Notes: generated by a model from the letters alone, not told the origin. A stretch of DNA of 64,000 nt from Centroscyllium fabricii (GCA_051313645.2 JBNRSN020000004.1:46314001-46378000), one strand, 5' to 3'. Positions 1-13,466 are shown, counted from the first letter of the stretch. Numbers and translations: made by a program.

Positions 1-1013
1 TGGAGTGCCAATCAAGCGGGCTGCTTTGGCCTGGATGGTGTCAAGCTTCTTGAGTGTTGTTGGAGCTGCACTCATCCAGGCCAGTGGAGATTATTCCATC
101 ACACTCCTTACTTGTGCCTTGCAGATGGTGGAAAGGCTTTGGAGTCAGGAGTTGAGACACTCACTGCAGAATACCCAGCCTCTGACCTGCTCTTGTAGCC
201 ACAGTATTTATGTGGCTGTCCAGTTAAGTTTCTTGTCAATGGTGATGGTGATGGATTCAGCTATGGTAATGCTGTTGAATTTCAAGGGGATGGTGGTTGG
301 ACTCTCGCTTGTTGGAAATAGTCATTGCCTGGCACTTAAGTGGCAGCTAACATTTGCGCCACACATTAGCCCAAGCCTGAATGTCGTCCAGGTCTTGTTG
401 CATGTGGGCATGGACTGCTTCATTATCTGATGAGTTTCAAATGGGACTGAACACTGCAGTCATCAGCGAACATCCCCATTTCTCATTTCTGACCTTAAGT
501 TGGAGGGAAGGTCATTGATGAAGCAGCTGAAGATGCTTGGGCCTAGGACATTGCTGCAGGAGTTACTCAAGGCAATGTCCTGGGGCTGTGATGATTGACT
601 GCCAACCACCATAACCATCTTCCTTTGTGCTTGGCATGACTTCAGCCAGTGGAGAGTTTTCCCTCCGATTCCCATTGACTTCAGTTTTACTAGGGCTCCT
701 TGATGCCACCCTCAGTCAAATTGCTGCATTGATGTCAAGGGCAGTCACTCTCACCTCACCTCTGCAATTCAACTCTTTTGTCCATGTTTGGACCAAGGCT
801 GTAATAAGATCTGGAGCGGAGTGGTCCTGGCAGACCCAAAACTGGGCATCAGTGACCAGGTTATTGGTGAGTAAATACCACTTGATTGCACTGTTGATGA
901 CACTGTCCATCATTTTGCTGATGATTGAGAGCAGACTGATGGGGCGGTAATTGGTCAGATTGGATTTGTCCTGCTTTTTGTGGACAGGACATACCTGGGC
1001 AGTTTTCCACATC

Positions 1014-1330
1014 ATAGAATCACAGAATCCCTACAGTGCAGATAGAGGCCATTTTGGCCCATCGAGCCTGCACTGACACATATCCCACTCTATTCCCGTA
1101 ACCCCACATATTTAATCCCCCTAACACTAAGGGTCAATTTATCATGGCCAATCAACCTAACCCGCACATCTTTGGACTGTGGGAGGAAACCGGAGCACCC
1201 GGAGGAAACCCACGCAGACACGGGGAGAATGTGCAAACTCCACACAGATAGTCACCCGAGGCCGGATTTGAACCCGGGCCCCTAGCGCTGTGAGGCAACA
1301 GTGCTAACCACTATACCACCGTTACGCCCC
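1014..1330 (-). mobile_element. tRNA-derived V-SINE (HE1-like), full length, short-tail type
   Basis: Minus strand has A box TGGTATAGTGG and B box GGTTCAAATCC, a V-domain-like core (GTGGGTTTCCTCCGGGTGCTCCGGTTTCCTCCCACAGTCCAAAGA) and a CR1-type tail ending in TTCTGTGATTCTAT. Confidence 0.9.
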
Positions 1331-1435
1331 TATTGTCGGATAGATGCCAGTGTTGCAGCTATACTGGAATAGCTTGGCTAGCAGCACGGCTAGTTCTCGA
1401 GCACAAGTCTTCAGCACGACAGCTGGGATTTTGTA

Positions 1436-1855
1436 ATGTGGAGGTGCCGGTGTTGGACTGGGGTGGACAAATGCAAGAAGTCACACACCACCAGATTATA
1501 GTCCAACGGTTTTATTTTAAATCACAAGCTTTCGGAGCGTCTGCCCCTTCGTCAGGTGGACAGAGAGAGACTGACTTAAAGATCACATATCGGAGGAGGG
1601 GAGAAATCCGATCTCTTCCACATCTCACCCTAGAGACAGAGAGCACACAAAGGCATATTAGCATATTTTAACACCTCAGTCTGCGAGCAATGAGGCACAG
1701 TCGCAAGGGGGGTCAAATGCTGCAAAACACACAGAATGATTTAAAAAAAGGGAATTTCCTTACAAGACAAAAATGTCCCTAGTCCGGATGACTACGTCAG
1801 GCGGGACATCAAAGCAGTCCAAGATTTTCCAACATATCAAAAGGGTGCAGTCACA
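1436..1855 (-). mobile_element. Penelope-like element 3' (pseudo-LTR) fragment, family P1
   Basis: 11-bp TSD GGGATTTTGTA (1425-1435 and 1856-1866); start nearly identical to the GIY-YIG-bearing element at 53191; contains a hammerhead motif. Confidence 0.85.
1523..1559 (-). ncRNA. Minimal type I hammerhead ribozyme motif (Penelope-associated)
   Basis: Minus strand CAC-CUGACGA-A-GGGGC(AGAC)GCUCC-GAAAGCUU-GUG: conserved core, stem II, palindromic AGCU stem III, CAC/GUG stem I. Confidence 0.75.
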
Positions 1856-3499
1856 GGGATTTTGTAGGGGCCCATAGCCTATGCTGCATCCAGTGCGCTC
1901 AGCCGGTTCTTGATATTACGTGGAGTGAATCAAATTGGCTGAAGACTGGCTTCTGTGACGGTGGGGACCTCAGGAGGAGGCCAATATGGATCATCCACTC
2001 GGCACTTCTGGCTGAAGATGGTTGCAAACGCTAAAGCCTTGTCTTTTGCACTCATGTGCTGGGCTCTACCAGCATTGAGGATGTGGATATTCAGGGAGCC
2101 TCCTCCTCCAGTTAGTTGTTTAATGGTCCACCACCATTCACGATTGGATGGGACAGGACTCCAGAGCTTTGATCTGATTCGTGGATTGTGGGATCGCTTA
2201 GCCATGTCTATAGCACGCTACTTCTGCTTTTTAGCATGCATGTAGTCCTGTGTTGCAGTTTCCCCAGGTTGGCACCACATGTTTAGGTATGCCTGGTGCT
2301 GCTCCTGGCATACTCTTCTACACCCCTTATTGAACCAGGGTTGGTCGCCTGGCTTGATGGTAATGGTAGAGTGAGGGATGTGCCGGGCCACGCGGTTACA
2401 GATTGTGGTGGAATACAATTCTGCTGCTGCTGATGGCCCACAGCACCTCATGGATGCCCAGTTTAGAGCTTCTATATCTGTTCTGAATCTATCCAATTTA
2501 ACACGGAGGGTGTCCTCAACGTCAAGGCAGAGCTTCGTCTCCAATGATTGTGCGGTGGTCACAGCTACCAATGCATCTGCAGCAGGTAGATTGGTGAGGA
2601 CGAGATCAAGTAGGTTTTCCCTTCATGTTGGTGTTCTCACCACCTGTCACAGGCCCAGACTGGCAACTACGTCGTTCAGGACTCAGCCAGCTCGGTCAGT
2701 AGTGGTGCTACCGAGCCACTGTTGGTGATGGACATTGAACTCCTCCACCCAGAGTACATTCTGTGCCCTTGCTACTCTGTGCTTCTTCCAAGTGGTGTTC
2801 AACATGGAGGAGCACTGATTCATCAGCTGAGGGAGGGCAGTAGGTGGTAATCAGCAGGAGGTTTCCTTGCCCATGCTTGACCTGAAGTCATGAGACTTCA
2901 TGGGGTCCGTAATCAATGTTGTGGACACCCAGGGCCAGGGCCAGTCCTTCCCGACTGTATACCACTGTGCTGCCACCTCTGATGGGTCTGTCCTGCCGGT
3001 GGGACAAGACATACCCAGAGATGGTGATGGAGGAGTTTGGGACATTGGCTGAAAGGTATGATTCTGTGAGTATGACTATGTCAGGCTGTTGCTTTCTCTA
3101 TTAAAAGGATCCAGTAAATACTCAATGGAATTTAAATACTTTTGAAATCAGAAATAAAAGATTTTACTTTTGCTTCAATTTAACTGAACTTTCTAAGGCC
3201 TGTCTGGTACTAAATATTGGCATGTTATTTATCATTACAGCCAGTTCCCGTTCCCTTCTACTAATGCATGTCTACACTACATGATCATGATGCACAATTA
3301 AAATAAACTAAAATAACCAAACTAGTTTTGCAGAATCCTACATCAAAGTAACAGGAATTTTTCAATCACATGTGCACCACTGCATAGGAGACGGTAGTTC
3401 AAAAGGATAAGCTACTTGCTTTTAATTACCTTAAATTATGATAGAAAGTTTACCCCAATGAACACAAACTCCAAAAGTTTCCTGTGGATCGAGGAAACA

Positions 3500-4075
3500 A
3501 GAATTCAAGATGGCGGCGCGCATAGACGCAGCGGCTTTGCGTCTCCTGAGATAATGCTGCCCGCTGCTAGTTCTGGGTCTGTTCGCTCGGCGGGGACGGC
3601 ATTGTCGGCGTGGTAGTGCACCGGGGTCGGCGCAACGGAGTTGCCGGAGCACCGGGCGGTCTACAATCGGAGCATCGGGAGCGCACCGAGGCCGGCATGG
3701 TTGGAGCGCCGAGGCCTTGAGGTCGGAGTGTTCGGAGCCGGAGCCTGCGTGGTCACCGAGGTCGGAGCGCCGGGGCCTGCGTGGTTGGAGTGCCGGGGCC
3801 TTGGTCACCGAGGTCGGTGCGCCGGAGCCTGCGTGGTTGGTGCGCGGGGGCCTGTGCGGTCACCGAGATCGGCGTGGTCGTAGCGCTGGAGGTTGGCGAG
3901 TTCGGAGCGTTGGAGCATGCATGGTTGGAGCAACAGGGCCGTCATGGAATAGGACAGACTGGGACTTCAGCAGAGGACATTTTAATATCTGCATCGTTTC
4001 TTGGGAGTTTGCAAGAATGCATTTCGTTCTATTGTGTTTGTTCACTCTGCAATGACAATAAATTGAATTGAATTG
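3500..4075 (+). mobile_element. Non-autonomous LINE-derived element (Rex1/Babar-like ends) with internal GC-rich minisatellite
   Basis: 5' CAAGATGGCGGC (3506-3517), degenerate repeats of GGAGCGCCGGGGCCTGCGTGGTT and GGTCACCGAGGTC (~3630-3935), 3' end GCAATGACAATAAA(TTGAA)n. Confidence 0.6.
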
Positions 4076-4676
4076 GAAAACCATACGAAATATTAAAAGG
4101 TAGCAATTATACCTGAATATAAAATGGTTTAATGATATAAAGTCTGTGGTAGTAGCAGAACATTCTAATCAGCACCAGGCTATCCTTTATAAAAACATCT
4201 TTCCACAAATTTAATTGATATCATAATACTGAGAATACATACAATGTTAACAAAAAAAGCCTGTTGATTAGATAGCTAGTGCCATTATAGCTCACTGTGT
4301 CCAACTGCTGCATTTCCTCCCCTCCCTGCCCCAATGCAGCACTGAAGTCCAACAATTGTTATAACTGCATTGTCGGTTTCCTGTATGTTATGGGAAATTG
4401 TTGCATGAAGGAAAATGTGGACATGTAGGAGTTGGCATGCGCACTCAAACAATGCTTCACTTCCTTTTACAATTCATAAATGTAACAAGGTTCCCCACTG
4501 GAAAACAAGGTGTAGCACCAAGATCAATTTAGTGCCAAATCTTAAAAAAAGATGCAGATGTCCATTTGAGAAAGACAAAACCATATCAATTAGCTGCTGT
4601 AGCTGCCAAAAGTACTTTATTGAGCAGGAGGTATATCAGTAAAATTGACTGGCAATACCCAATGCCAGAAACTTTA

Positions 4677-5990
4677 GACAGTGCTATCAAGCGGCACTTA
4701 CTCAGCAATAACCTGCTAACTGACGCCCAGTTCGGGTTCCACCAGGGCCACTCAGCTCCTGACCTCATTACAGCCTTGGTCCAAACATGGACAAAGGAGC
4801 TGAATTTCAGAGGTGAGGTGAGAGTGACTGCCCTTGACATCAATGCAGCATTTGATCGAGTGTGGCATCAAGGAGCCCTGGCAAAGCTGAAGTCAATGGG
4901 AATCAAGGGGAAAACTCTCCATTGGTTGGAATCATACCTAGCAGAAAGGAAGTTGGCTGTGGTTGTTGGAGGTCATTCATCTCAACCACAGGACATCACT
5001 GCAGGAGTTCCTCAGGGCAGTGTCCTAGGCCCAACCATCTTCAGCTGTTTCATCAATGACCTTCCCTCCATCATAAGGTCAGAAGTGGGGATGTTCGCTG
5101 ATGATTGCACACTGTTCAGCACCATTCGAGGCTCGTCAGATACGGACGCAGTCCGTGCCCATATGCAGCAAGACCTGGACACCATTCAGACTTGGGCTGA
5201 CAAGTGGCAAGTAACATTCGCACCACACAAGTGCCAGGCAATGACCATCTCCAACAAGTGAGATTCTAACCATCTCCCCTTGACATTCAATGGCATTATC
5301 ATCGCTGAATCCCCCACTATCAACATCCTGGGGGGTTACCATTGATCAGAAACTGAACTGGACCAGCCATATAAATACTGTGGCTACAAGAGCAGGCCAG
5401 AGGCTGGGAATTCTGCGACGAGTGTCTCACCTCCCGACGCCCCAAAACCTTTCCACCATCTACAAGGCACAAGTCAGGATACTCTCCACTTGCCTGGATG
5501 AGTGCAGCTCCAACAACACTCAAGAAGCTCAATACCATCCAGGACAAAGCAGGCCGCTTGATTGGCACTCCGTCCACCACCTTCCCTCCACCACCGGCAC
5601 ACTGTGGCTGCAGTGTGTACCATCTACAAGATGCACTGCAGCAACTCGCCAAAGCTCCTTCAACAGCACCTTCCAAACCCGCGACCGCTACCACTTAGAA
5701 GGACAAGGGCAGCAGACGCATGGGAACATCACCACCTACAAGTTCCCCTCCAAGCCACACACCACCCTAACTTGGACCTGTATCGCCGCTCCTTCACTGT
5801 CGCTGGGCCAAAATCCTGGAACTCCCTTCCTAACAACATTGTGGGCGTACCTACACCATATGGACTGCAGCGATTCAAGAAGGCGGCTCACCACCATCTT
5901 CTGAAGGGCAATTAGGGATGGGCACTAAATGCAGGCCCAGCCAGCCAGCCACGCCCACATTCCAACAATGGATAAATTAAAAAAAAAAAT
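4677..5990 (+). mobile_element. Family A LINE, 5'-truncated RT and 3' end
   Basis: ORF 4566-5261 with GVPQGSVLGP and FADD, then frameshifted C-terminus, 3' UTR GGGCAATTAGGGATGGGCA and an A-tail near 5978-5989. Confidence 0.92.
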
Positions 5991-6888
5991 CTCAACATAA
6001 ACAAGCAGTTTTGCTCGTAACTCTAAGTCCAAATATTTTTTTTTACCTGCTTTTTGTTCCAGATACATTTCGCCTACCACAATATTATAGGTTTGATAGG
6101 CAACTACTGAAAAGATAAATTCTGATGTTTCAGTTTCTTCATACACTGTGCCAGCAGTTCAGTAAGCAGCTTATACCAACTGAGCTCTTGCAGCTGTGTG
6201 CTGCAAACATACAATCACGCTGACACATAAGGAAAACAGTTGAGTGGCATCTGAGTTTCCATTTGAAGTGTAGTTACTCTGCTTACTCTCCTACGCCAAA
6301 TTCTGCTGAATATCAGCATAAAGAGGGAGTAAGAAATTATAATATCTTTGCAGCATGCAACAAACTTAAGATATATTCATTACAACCCAGGCACAGGTGT
6401 CCCACACACTACATGTTATGCTTCTAGTCAGAGTTATACAGCACAGAAAGAGGCCCTTCGGCCCATCATGTCCGCACCAGCCATCAAGCCTTATCTATTT
6501 GAATCCCATTTTACAGCACTTGGCCCGTAGCCTTGTATGCTATGGCGTTTCAAGAGCTCATCTAAATGCTTCTTGAATGTTGTGAGGGTTCCTGTCTCTA
6601 CCATCCTTTCAGGCAGTGAGTTCCAGATTCCAACCACCCTCTGGGTGAAAAAGTTTTTCCTCAACTCCCCTCTAAACCTCCTGCCCCTCACCCAGAAACT
6701 AGGCCTCCTGGTTATTGACCCCTCTACTAAGGGGAAAAGTTCCTTTCTATCTACTCTATCTATGCCCCTCATAATTTTGTACGCCTCGATCAGGTCCCCC
6801 CCTCAGTCTTCTCTGCTCTAAGGAAAACAACCCCAGCCTGTCCAGTCTCTCTTCATAACTGAAGCGCTCCAGCCCAGGTAACATCCTA

Positions 6889-7740
6889 AATAACAACAGA
6901 AAATGCTGGAGAAACTCAGGCCAGGCAGCATCAGTGGAGAGAGAAACAGAGTTGACATTTCAGGTTGATGACCTTTCTTCAGAACTGGAGAAGCCGGGAG
7001 GGGGGATAGATTTTAAAGCTTGTAGGGGCTGGGGAAAGGGGGAGGGGGGCTGAAAGAACAAAGGAAAGATCAGCAACAGGCTAGAAGACAGGGAAGGTAA
7101 GAGATATTAGGAGAAATTGAAGGAACACAGGATGGCTCTGAATAGGTGTGAACGGCTCTGGCAAAATATTTTAAAAAGTGTGGTAGAGGCTGAGGTTATG
7201 ATCGAAAATCGTTGAACTCTGTGTTTAGCCCAGAGGGCTGTAGAGTGCCTAAGCAAAAGATGAGGTGCTGTTCCTCGAGTTTATGCTTGGTTTCCGTGGA
7301 ACAATGCAACAGGCCACAGACAGTGAGGTCTGAATGGGAGTGGAGTGGAGAATTAAAGTGACAGGTCCCGGGAGCTCGGTGTCCCCCTTACGGACTGAAC
7401 GGAGGTGTTCCGCAAAGCAGTCACCCAATCTGCGTTTGGTCTCCCCGATGTAGAGACCACCACATCGTGAGCAGAGAATACAGTATACTAAATTGCAGGA
7501 AGTACACGTAAATCGCTGTTTCACCTGGAAGGGGTGTTTGGGGCCCTGGACGGTGGGAAGGGGGGGGGGAAGGTATAAGGGCATGTGTTGCCTCTCCTGT
7601 GCTTGCACGGGAAGGTGCCGGGCAAAGGGGAAGGGGTGCTGGGGGTGGTAAAGGAGTGGACGAGGGTGCCGCGGACGAAGCGGTCCCTACGGAATGTGGA
7701 AAGGGGAGGTGATGGGAAGATGCATTTGGTGGTGGGATCA
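6889..7740 (-). mobile_element. Penelope-like element 3' fragment (family P2) with GIY-YIG endonuclease remnant and hammerhead motif
   Basis: ORF 7249-7608 contains FTCTSCNLVYCILCSRCGGLYIGETKRRLGDCFAEHLRSV; minus-strand AGUU-CUGAAGA-AAGGUCAUCAACCU-GAAAUGUC-AACU at ~6950-6986. Confidence 0.88.
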
Positions 7741-8086
7741 CGCACCCTGGTGAATCTCCTCTGCACCCTCTCCAATGCAATCACATCCTTCCTATAGTGT
7801 GGCGACCAGAACTGCATACAGTATTCCAGCTGTGGCCAAACTAGCATTTTGTACAGCTTCATCATAACCTCCCTGCTCTTATATTCTATGCCTCGGCTAA
7901 TGAAGGCAAGTATCCCATATGCCTATTTTTAACCACCTTGTCTGACTGTCCTGCTGTCTTCAGGGATCTATGTACATGCACACCAAGGTCCCTCTGACTT
8001 GATTACTAACAGAGATGGAATCTTAATTATTAAGGAATTCCTTCATCAATATATGTTTATCTTCTTACTTGGCTTGTTTTAATAAT

Positions 8087-9131
8087 GGGCCAGAAATTCC
8101 GCTTGACCCGTTTCGTGGGCATCGTTTCCGTTACGTTGCCCACGGGAGACGTCCCGTTTTTGCCCTTGAAAATTCCGATACTGATTACCTTCTTCGTGGG
8201 CATCGTTTCTGCTCAGCCAGTTTTGGTGGGCAACGTTTCTGCTTGCTTGCTGCAGCAAGCCCCGCCCTCTGAGGGCTAATTTAAATGCACACGCCCCCTG
8301 ATCAAAGTACAGAAAGTGCTGCAGAGAACTGCAACCATTTTATTCAGCAGCAGAGTTTGGTAAATGTGCTTGCTTTTCTGCTGATTCAAACAATTTGGTT
8401 GAAAAAAAAGGCACCATTTTTGGTTAAAAAAAACGGGGGAAAAACACTTTAAAACGCGATTTTCAAAAATTTTTCTAAAACATAACACTCACTCACAACT
8501 TTTACTAAACACCACTCAAACATCAAAACTGAAATTATTTTGCTGGAACTTAACTTTTAGCAAAGCAAGCCTTAACAGAAACCTTTCAGCACTCCACCAA
8601 CTAAAATGAAAAACGCATTTCTCAGTTATCTGAGACTGAAATCCAAAAAAAAATACTTTCAGCAGTGGGCGATTAGAAGGTACTTAATTTGGTTGAAAAA
8701 AAACAACACCATTTTTGGTTTAAAAAAATGGGGAAAAAACACTTAAAAACGCGATTTTCAAATTTTTTTCTAAAACGTTCACACTCACTCACAACTTTTA
8801 CTAAACACCACTCAAACATCAAAACTGAAATAAATTTGTTAGAACTTACCTTTTCACGATGAAACCCACGAGTTACTCCAGCTTTTTTCGAGGGCATCTG
8901 AAGGCCATGAGTTACTCCAGCTTTTTTCGAGGGCATCTGAAGGCAACGTTGCCCACAGAATCACGGAAAAAAATGACCCTTTTTCAATCGGAATTTTTGG
9001 GTGCAACTCATTCCTGGGCATTATGCTAAGGGCCCTTTTCCCTCAGCATCGGAAATTTCGGGTCCGTGGGCATCTCTGATCCGTGGGCATTTTTCGTGGG
9101 CATCTGCTTTAGGCATCGGAATTTCTGGCCC
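8087..9131. mobile_element. MITE with GGGCCAGAAATTCC TIRs and AAT target duplication (PIF/Harbinger-related)
   Basis: AAT|GGGCCAGAAATTCC...GGAATTTCTGGCCC|AAT; internal ~160-bp direct repeat (8392-8552 and 8686-8848); repeated GTGGGCA motifs. Confidence 0.85.
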
Positions 9132-9565
9132 AATAAGTTTTGTGTGTGGACTGTGAACAAATGTGTCCTGATTGGTTTACGAGTGGATGAGCGATTAGCT
9201 CCCCCTATTTGTAATATTTGCATATCGAATTGTGATTGGCCTGCAGGCATCTGTAAGACTGCTATAGTTTTTTTTAAGATCCAGGTTAGGGGTCCTGAGG
9301 GAAGTCATTTTGTTTTCTGCTGATGTTGTGATGATGCAGTAAGTAAGTCAGACTTTATACCAAATAAACCAGTTACTTGTTGAACTCTGTTGTCCTTCAA
9401 TTTACAATATACAAAATAATACACTATTGGTGATGTGGTGTTGTGTGTACAGGTCATGCTTCCATCACATGGAGCATCAGCTAAAATGTACTCACCCTGT
9501 TGCAATCGTGCTGATCGACCGCAGTTCGACAGAGATGAATGCCCTTTATTTCTCTGCATAGAATA

Positions 9566-11569
9566 ATGCCACATTTACCGTTGGATGTGTGGAAGCATTT
9601 TACCCCAGGCATGGAAAGACTGTGTACATGTGCAAACAGTGTACAAAGCCATATGTAAAGAATGCCACAAAGATGCAACAGCATTTATCCAAATGCAACA
9701 ACTTCACTCAAAGCTCACAGCAGTCAGCCCAGAGTTCCTCTGCTTCCATTCAAGAAGATGATGGTTCTCCTTCCGCATCAGGCTCCTTATCAGCAGCAGC
9801 AGCAACTCCTGGCCCACTTGGAAGGTTCTTTGATACAATGGATAACCATAGCCAGAAGAATGCAGATGAGTGCCTTGCTCGAGCTGGATATGCAACAGGC
9901 TCAACCCTCATGCTCACAGCCAATGTGTACTGGAAGAGATTTGTCAATGTTATTCGCCCTGCATACTGTCCTCCCACCAGACATGCTTTGTCTACTTATT
10001 TGCTGGAGGCTGAGTATAAGACAGTCCAAGGAAAGCTCAAAGAAACAATAGCGATGGCAGACTGTGTTGCAGCTATCTCAGCTGGGTGGTCAAATGTACG
10101 AGGGGAGGGCATCGTAAACTACATCGTCTCCACTCCTCTCCCAGTGTTCTTCAAGAGCACAGACACGAAGGACAACAGACACACAAGCACATACATTGCT
10201 CATGAGCTGAAAGCGGTCATCAACGATCTTGGATCACAAAAGGTTTTTGCAGTAGTTACTGACAATGCTGAGAATATGAAGGCTGCTTGGGCTCAAGTGG
10301 AGGCGGCCTACCCTCATATTACATCTATTGGTTGCGCAGCTCATGGGCTCAACCTGCTCCTCAAGGACATCGTGGGTTTGAGAACCATGGAAGCACTGTA
10401 CAAGAGAGCCAAGCAAGTTGTTAAGTATGTGTAGCAACCGATAAAAGGTTACAGATGTATATATATATATATATACACACATATGTACAGGGGCATATCT
10501 GCCCATACATTGTATACCTGTATCTGTATCTATGCATTTTAACCTATGTACGTTATGTTTTATACTTTGGCAACATAGGGATGTATCCTGTCATGCCAAT
10601 AGAGTTTTTTTAAATTGAAATTGAAATTGAATTGTATGTCAGGGGAAAACAGGTCATTGCAACAACCTACAACTCCAAGCAAATGACAAAGAACAAGAAC
10701 ACCACACTGAAGCTGCCCAACAACACTAGATGGGGTGGTGTTGTCATAATGTACAACAGCCTTCTGGGGGGTAAGGAATGACAATATCCCAGTCTGGGGA
10801 TATGGAAACCACCATCAAGAAAATACTGCTGGATGATGTGTTTTGGGAGAAAGTGGTTAGCAGCCTTAAACTACTCTCACCAGTAGCATCTGCAATTGCT
10901 CAGATTGAAGGAGATGACTCTGTCTTGTCAGATGTGCTCAGGCTTTTTACTGATTTAAAAGAACAAATCAGCATTGACCTACCCACATCCCTGCTGCTCA
11001 AAGTAGAGGAGAAGGTAATTGTTCAATTCCTACAGACGCGTCAAGAATTTCTTGTCAAGCCGATTCATGCTGCAGCATACATACTGGACCCAAAGCACGT
11101 TGGGAGACCAATACTTTCTGGAGAACAGAACAGCACTTTGTGTGATTTCTACCCTCTCACACCATCTCAGTCTGGACGTGGGCAAAGTTCTGGGAAGTCT
11201 GACAAAGTTCTCTACCAAGCAAGGTCTTTGGAATGGGGATGGGATATGGGAATCATGCAAGCATATCAGTGCACATACCTGGTGGAGGGACTTTGTGCAT
11301 CTGAGGTCCTGTCACCTCTTGCATCGGTGATACTTCAAATCCCACCTTCATCAACGGCCTCTGAACGAAACTGGTCACTTTTTGAGAATACGCATACAAA
11401 GGTGCGCAACAGGCTGAATAACAAGAGAGTGGAGAAACTGGTGGCTATCCAGGCGAACCTACAACTTACTGAGCCACATACAGAAGTGTCCACCACACAG
11501 CTAGACAGTGACCCAGAGAAGGAAATGGACACGTCAGAGCCAGAGTCAGAGAATCAGGAGGAGCAATGA
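9566..11569 (+). pseudogene. hAT transposase pseudogene (BED zinc finger, DUF659-type core, hATC dimerisation domain)
   Basis: VWKHF / CKQC..HLSKC, ISAGWSN (catalytic D apparently replaced by A), VVTDNA, CAAHGLNL, TRWG and PPSSTASERNWSLF; frameshifts plus an insertion at 10431-10633. Confidence 0.9.
10431..10633 (+). mobile_element. Short retroposed 3' tail inserted into the hAT transposase
   Basis: 6-bp TSD GTATGT (10425-10430 and 10634-10639); ends in (AATTGA)n; the hAT frame resumes after it. Confidence 0.7.
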
Positions 11570-13466
11570 TCAGTAGAAGACTCAAAAGGGACAACATAAG
11601 GACAAATTACAGGCTAAATAAGCTGACACTCTTTTTATTTTATTTTAGATGGGTCTTTTTTGTGGGGGTTCAATAAAGTTCAAAATGATAACCTAAATAA
11701 AGTTTTGAAAGCCTGTTTTTATTTGTATGGAACAGTAGGTCTATTTTGATGACAAAGATAATATAAGGGTCAGAGACAAAAACCATCAGTGCGCAAAAAA
11801 ACTCAAAATTCCCATAAATTCCCAAAATTCCCATGGAAAGTTTCCTCTTTTAAAAATTCCCAGAATTTTGGAACCCTCGTCCTACCATTCATTGTGTATT
11901 CCCTTGCCTTGTTAGTCCTCCCAAAATGCATCACCTCACACTTTTCAGGGTTAAATTCCATTTGCCACTGTTCTGCCCATCTGCCCAACCAGTCTACATC
12001 ATCCTGCAGACTGAGGCTTCCCTCCTCGCTATTTACCACTCCACCAATTTTCATGTCATCTGCAAACTTACTGATCATACATCCTACATTCATATATAAA
12101 TCATTAACGTACACAAACAGCAAAGGACCCAGCACCAATCCCTGCGGTGCACCACTGGACATAGGCTTCCGGTCACAAAACAACCTTCAACCATCACCCT
12201 CTGCCTCCTGCCACTAAGCCAATTTTGGATCCAATGTACCAAATTGCCCTGGATCTCATGGGCTCTTACCTTCTTGACCAGTCTCCCATGTGGGACTTTG
12301 TCAAAAGCCTTACTGAAGTCCATGTAGACCACATCAACTGCACTAGCCTCATCCACACACCTAGTCACTCCCTCGAAAAATTGAATCAAATTGGTTAGAC
12401 ATGATCTCCCCCTGACAAAGCCATGTTGACTATCCTTGATTAATCCTTGTCTCTCCAAGTGGAGACCAATTCGGTCCCTCAGAATTTTTCCAATAATTTC
12501 CCTACCACTGATGTTAGGCTCACTGGCCTGTAATTCCCTGGTTTATCCCTACTACCCTTCTTGAATAATGGTACTACATTAGCTGTCCTCCAGTCCTCTG
12601 GCACATCCCGTGGCCAGAGAGGTTCTGAAAAATGTGTGTCAGAGCCCCTGCAATCTCCTCCCTTGCCTCACACAGCAGCCTGGGATACATCTCGTCTGGG
12701 CCTGGGCATTTATGCACTTAAGTCTACTAAAACTGCTAGTACCTTCTCCCTCTCAATACTAATTTGTTTACGTATATCACAATCCCCCTGCCTGATTTCT
12801 AGGCCTTCTCCATAGTGAACACAGATGCAAAATATTCATTTAAAACCTCACCTGCATCTTCTGGCTCTACACACAGATTGCCACTTTGTCCCTAATGAGC
12901 CCTACTCTTTCCCTGGTTATCCTCTTGCCCTTAATATCTTCTAAAGCAACTTGGGACTTTCCTTTATTTTGCCCGCCAGTGTTTTTTCATGCCCCCTCTT
13001 TGCTTTACAAATTTCCACTCTCCAAAGTTCTTTTTAAGTACCCCCCCTGCATTTTCTATACTCCTCTAGGGCATCCACTGTTTTTAGTCCTTTGTATCTG
13101 CCAAAAGCCTCTTTTTTTCTAATCCATTCTTGTATATCCCTTGACATCCAGAGTTCCCTGGGCTTGTTGGTCCCACCCTTGACCTTTACGGGAACATGTT
13201 TCCATTGTTCTCTCTCAATTTCCTTTCTGAAAGACTCCCACTGCTCTGATGTGGATTTTCCTTCAAGTAGCTTATCCCAATCCACTTTGGCCAGATCCTG
13301 CCTTATCATATTAAAATCGGCCTTCCCCAATTTAGAACCTTTATTTCCTTTTCCATGACTACCTTAAATCTCACCGAATTATGGCCACTGTCACCAAAAT
13401 GCTCTCCTACTGACACTTCTACCACTTGCCTGGCTACATTTCCTAGAATTAGAGTCATAAGAGTTA

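Larger units (their letters stand above)
1..3095 (-). mobile_element. Decayed non-LTR retrotransposon (CR1/L2-group LINE, 'family A'), ORF2 fragments, interrupted by a SINE (1014-1330) and a Penelope fragment (1436-1855)
   Basis: Minus-strand peptides NYRPISLLSIISK, DAQF..QDHSAPDLITALVQTW, VLGPSIFSCFINDLP and DQPWFN, broken by stops and frameshifts; the same sequence recurs at 4677, 20270 and 47805. Confidence 0.9.
7996..11878 (+). mobile_element. hAT DNA transposon, decayed; left terminus not found
   Basis: Transposase remnants (next entry); right end has repeated AAATTCCC subterminal motifs and GAATTTTGGAACCCT, immediately followed by resumption of the CR1. Confidence 0.75.
6430..13450 (-). 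mobile_element. CR1 LINE (family B) split into three pieces (6430-6888, 7741-7995, 11879-13450) by Penelope and hAT insertions
   Basis: Collinear CR1 ORF2 peptides FFTQRVVGIWNSLP, PQLEYCMQFWSPHYRKD, ISKFADD, SQHGFVRGRSCLTNL and GKADFNMIR. Confidence 0.88.

Noticed and set aside
6048-6107. 60-nt exon-like segment on the minus strand (TTTTCAG...CAG|GTAAAA)
   Set aside because: Begins with TAG in the phase 0 left by the ARHGAP12 exon and shows no resemblance to the expected next exon; at most an unsupported poison exon
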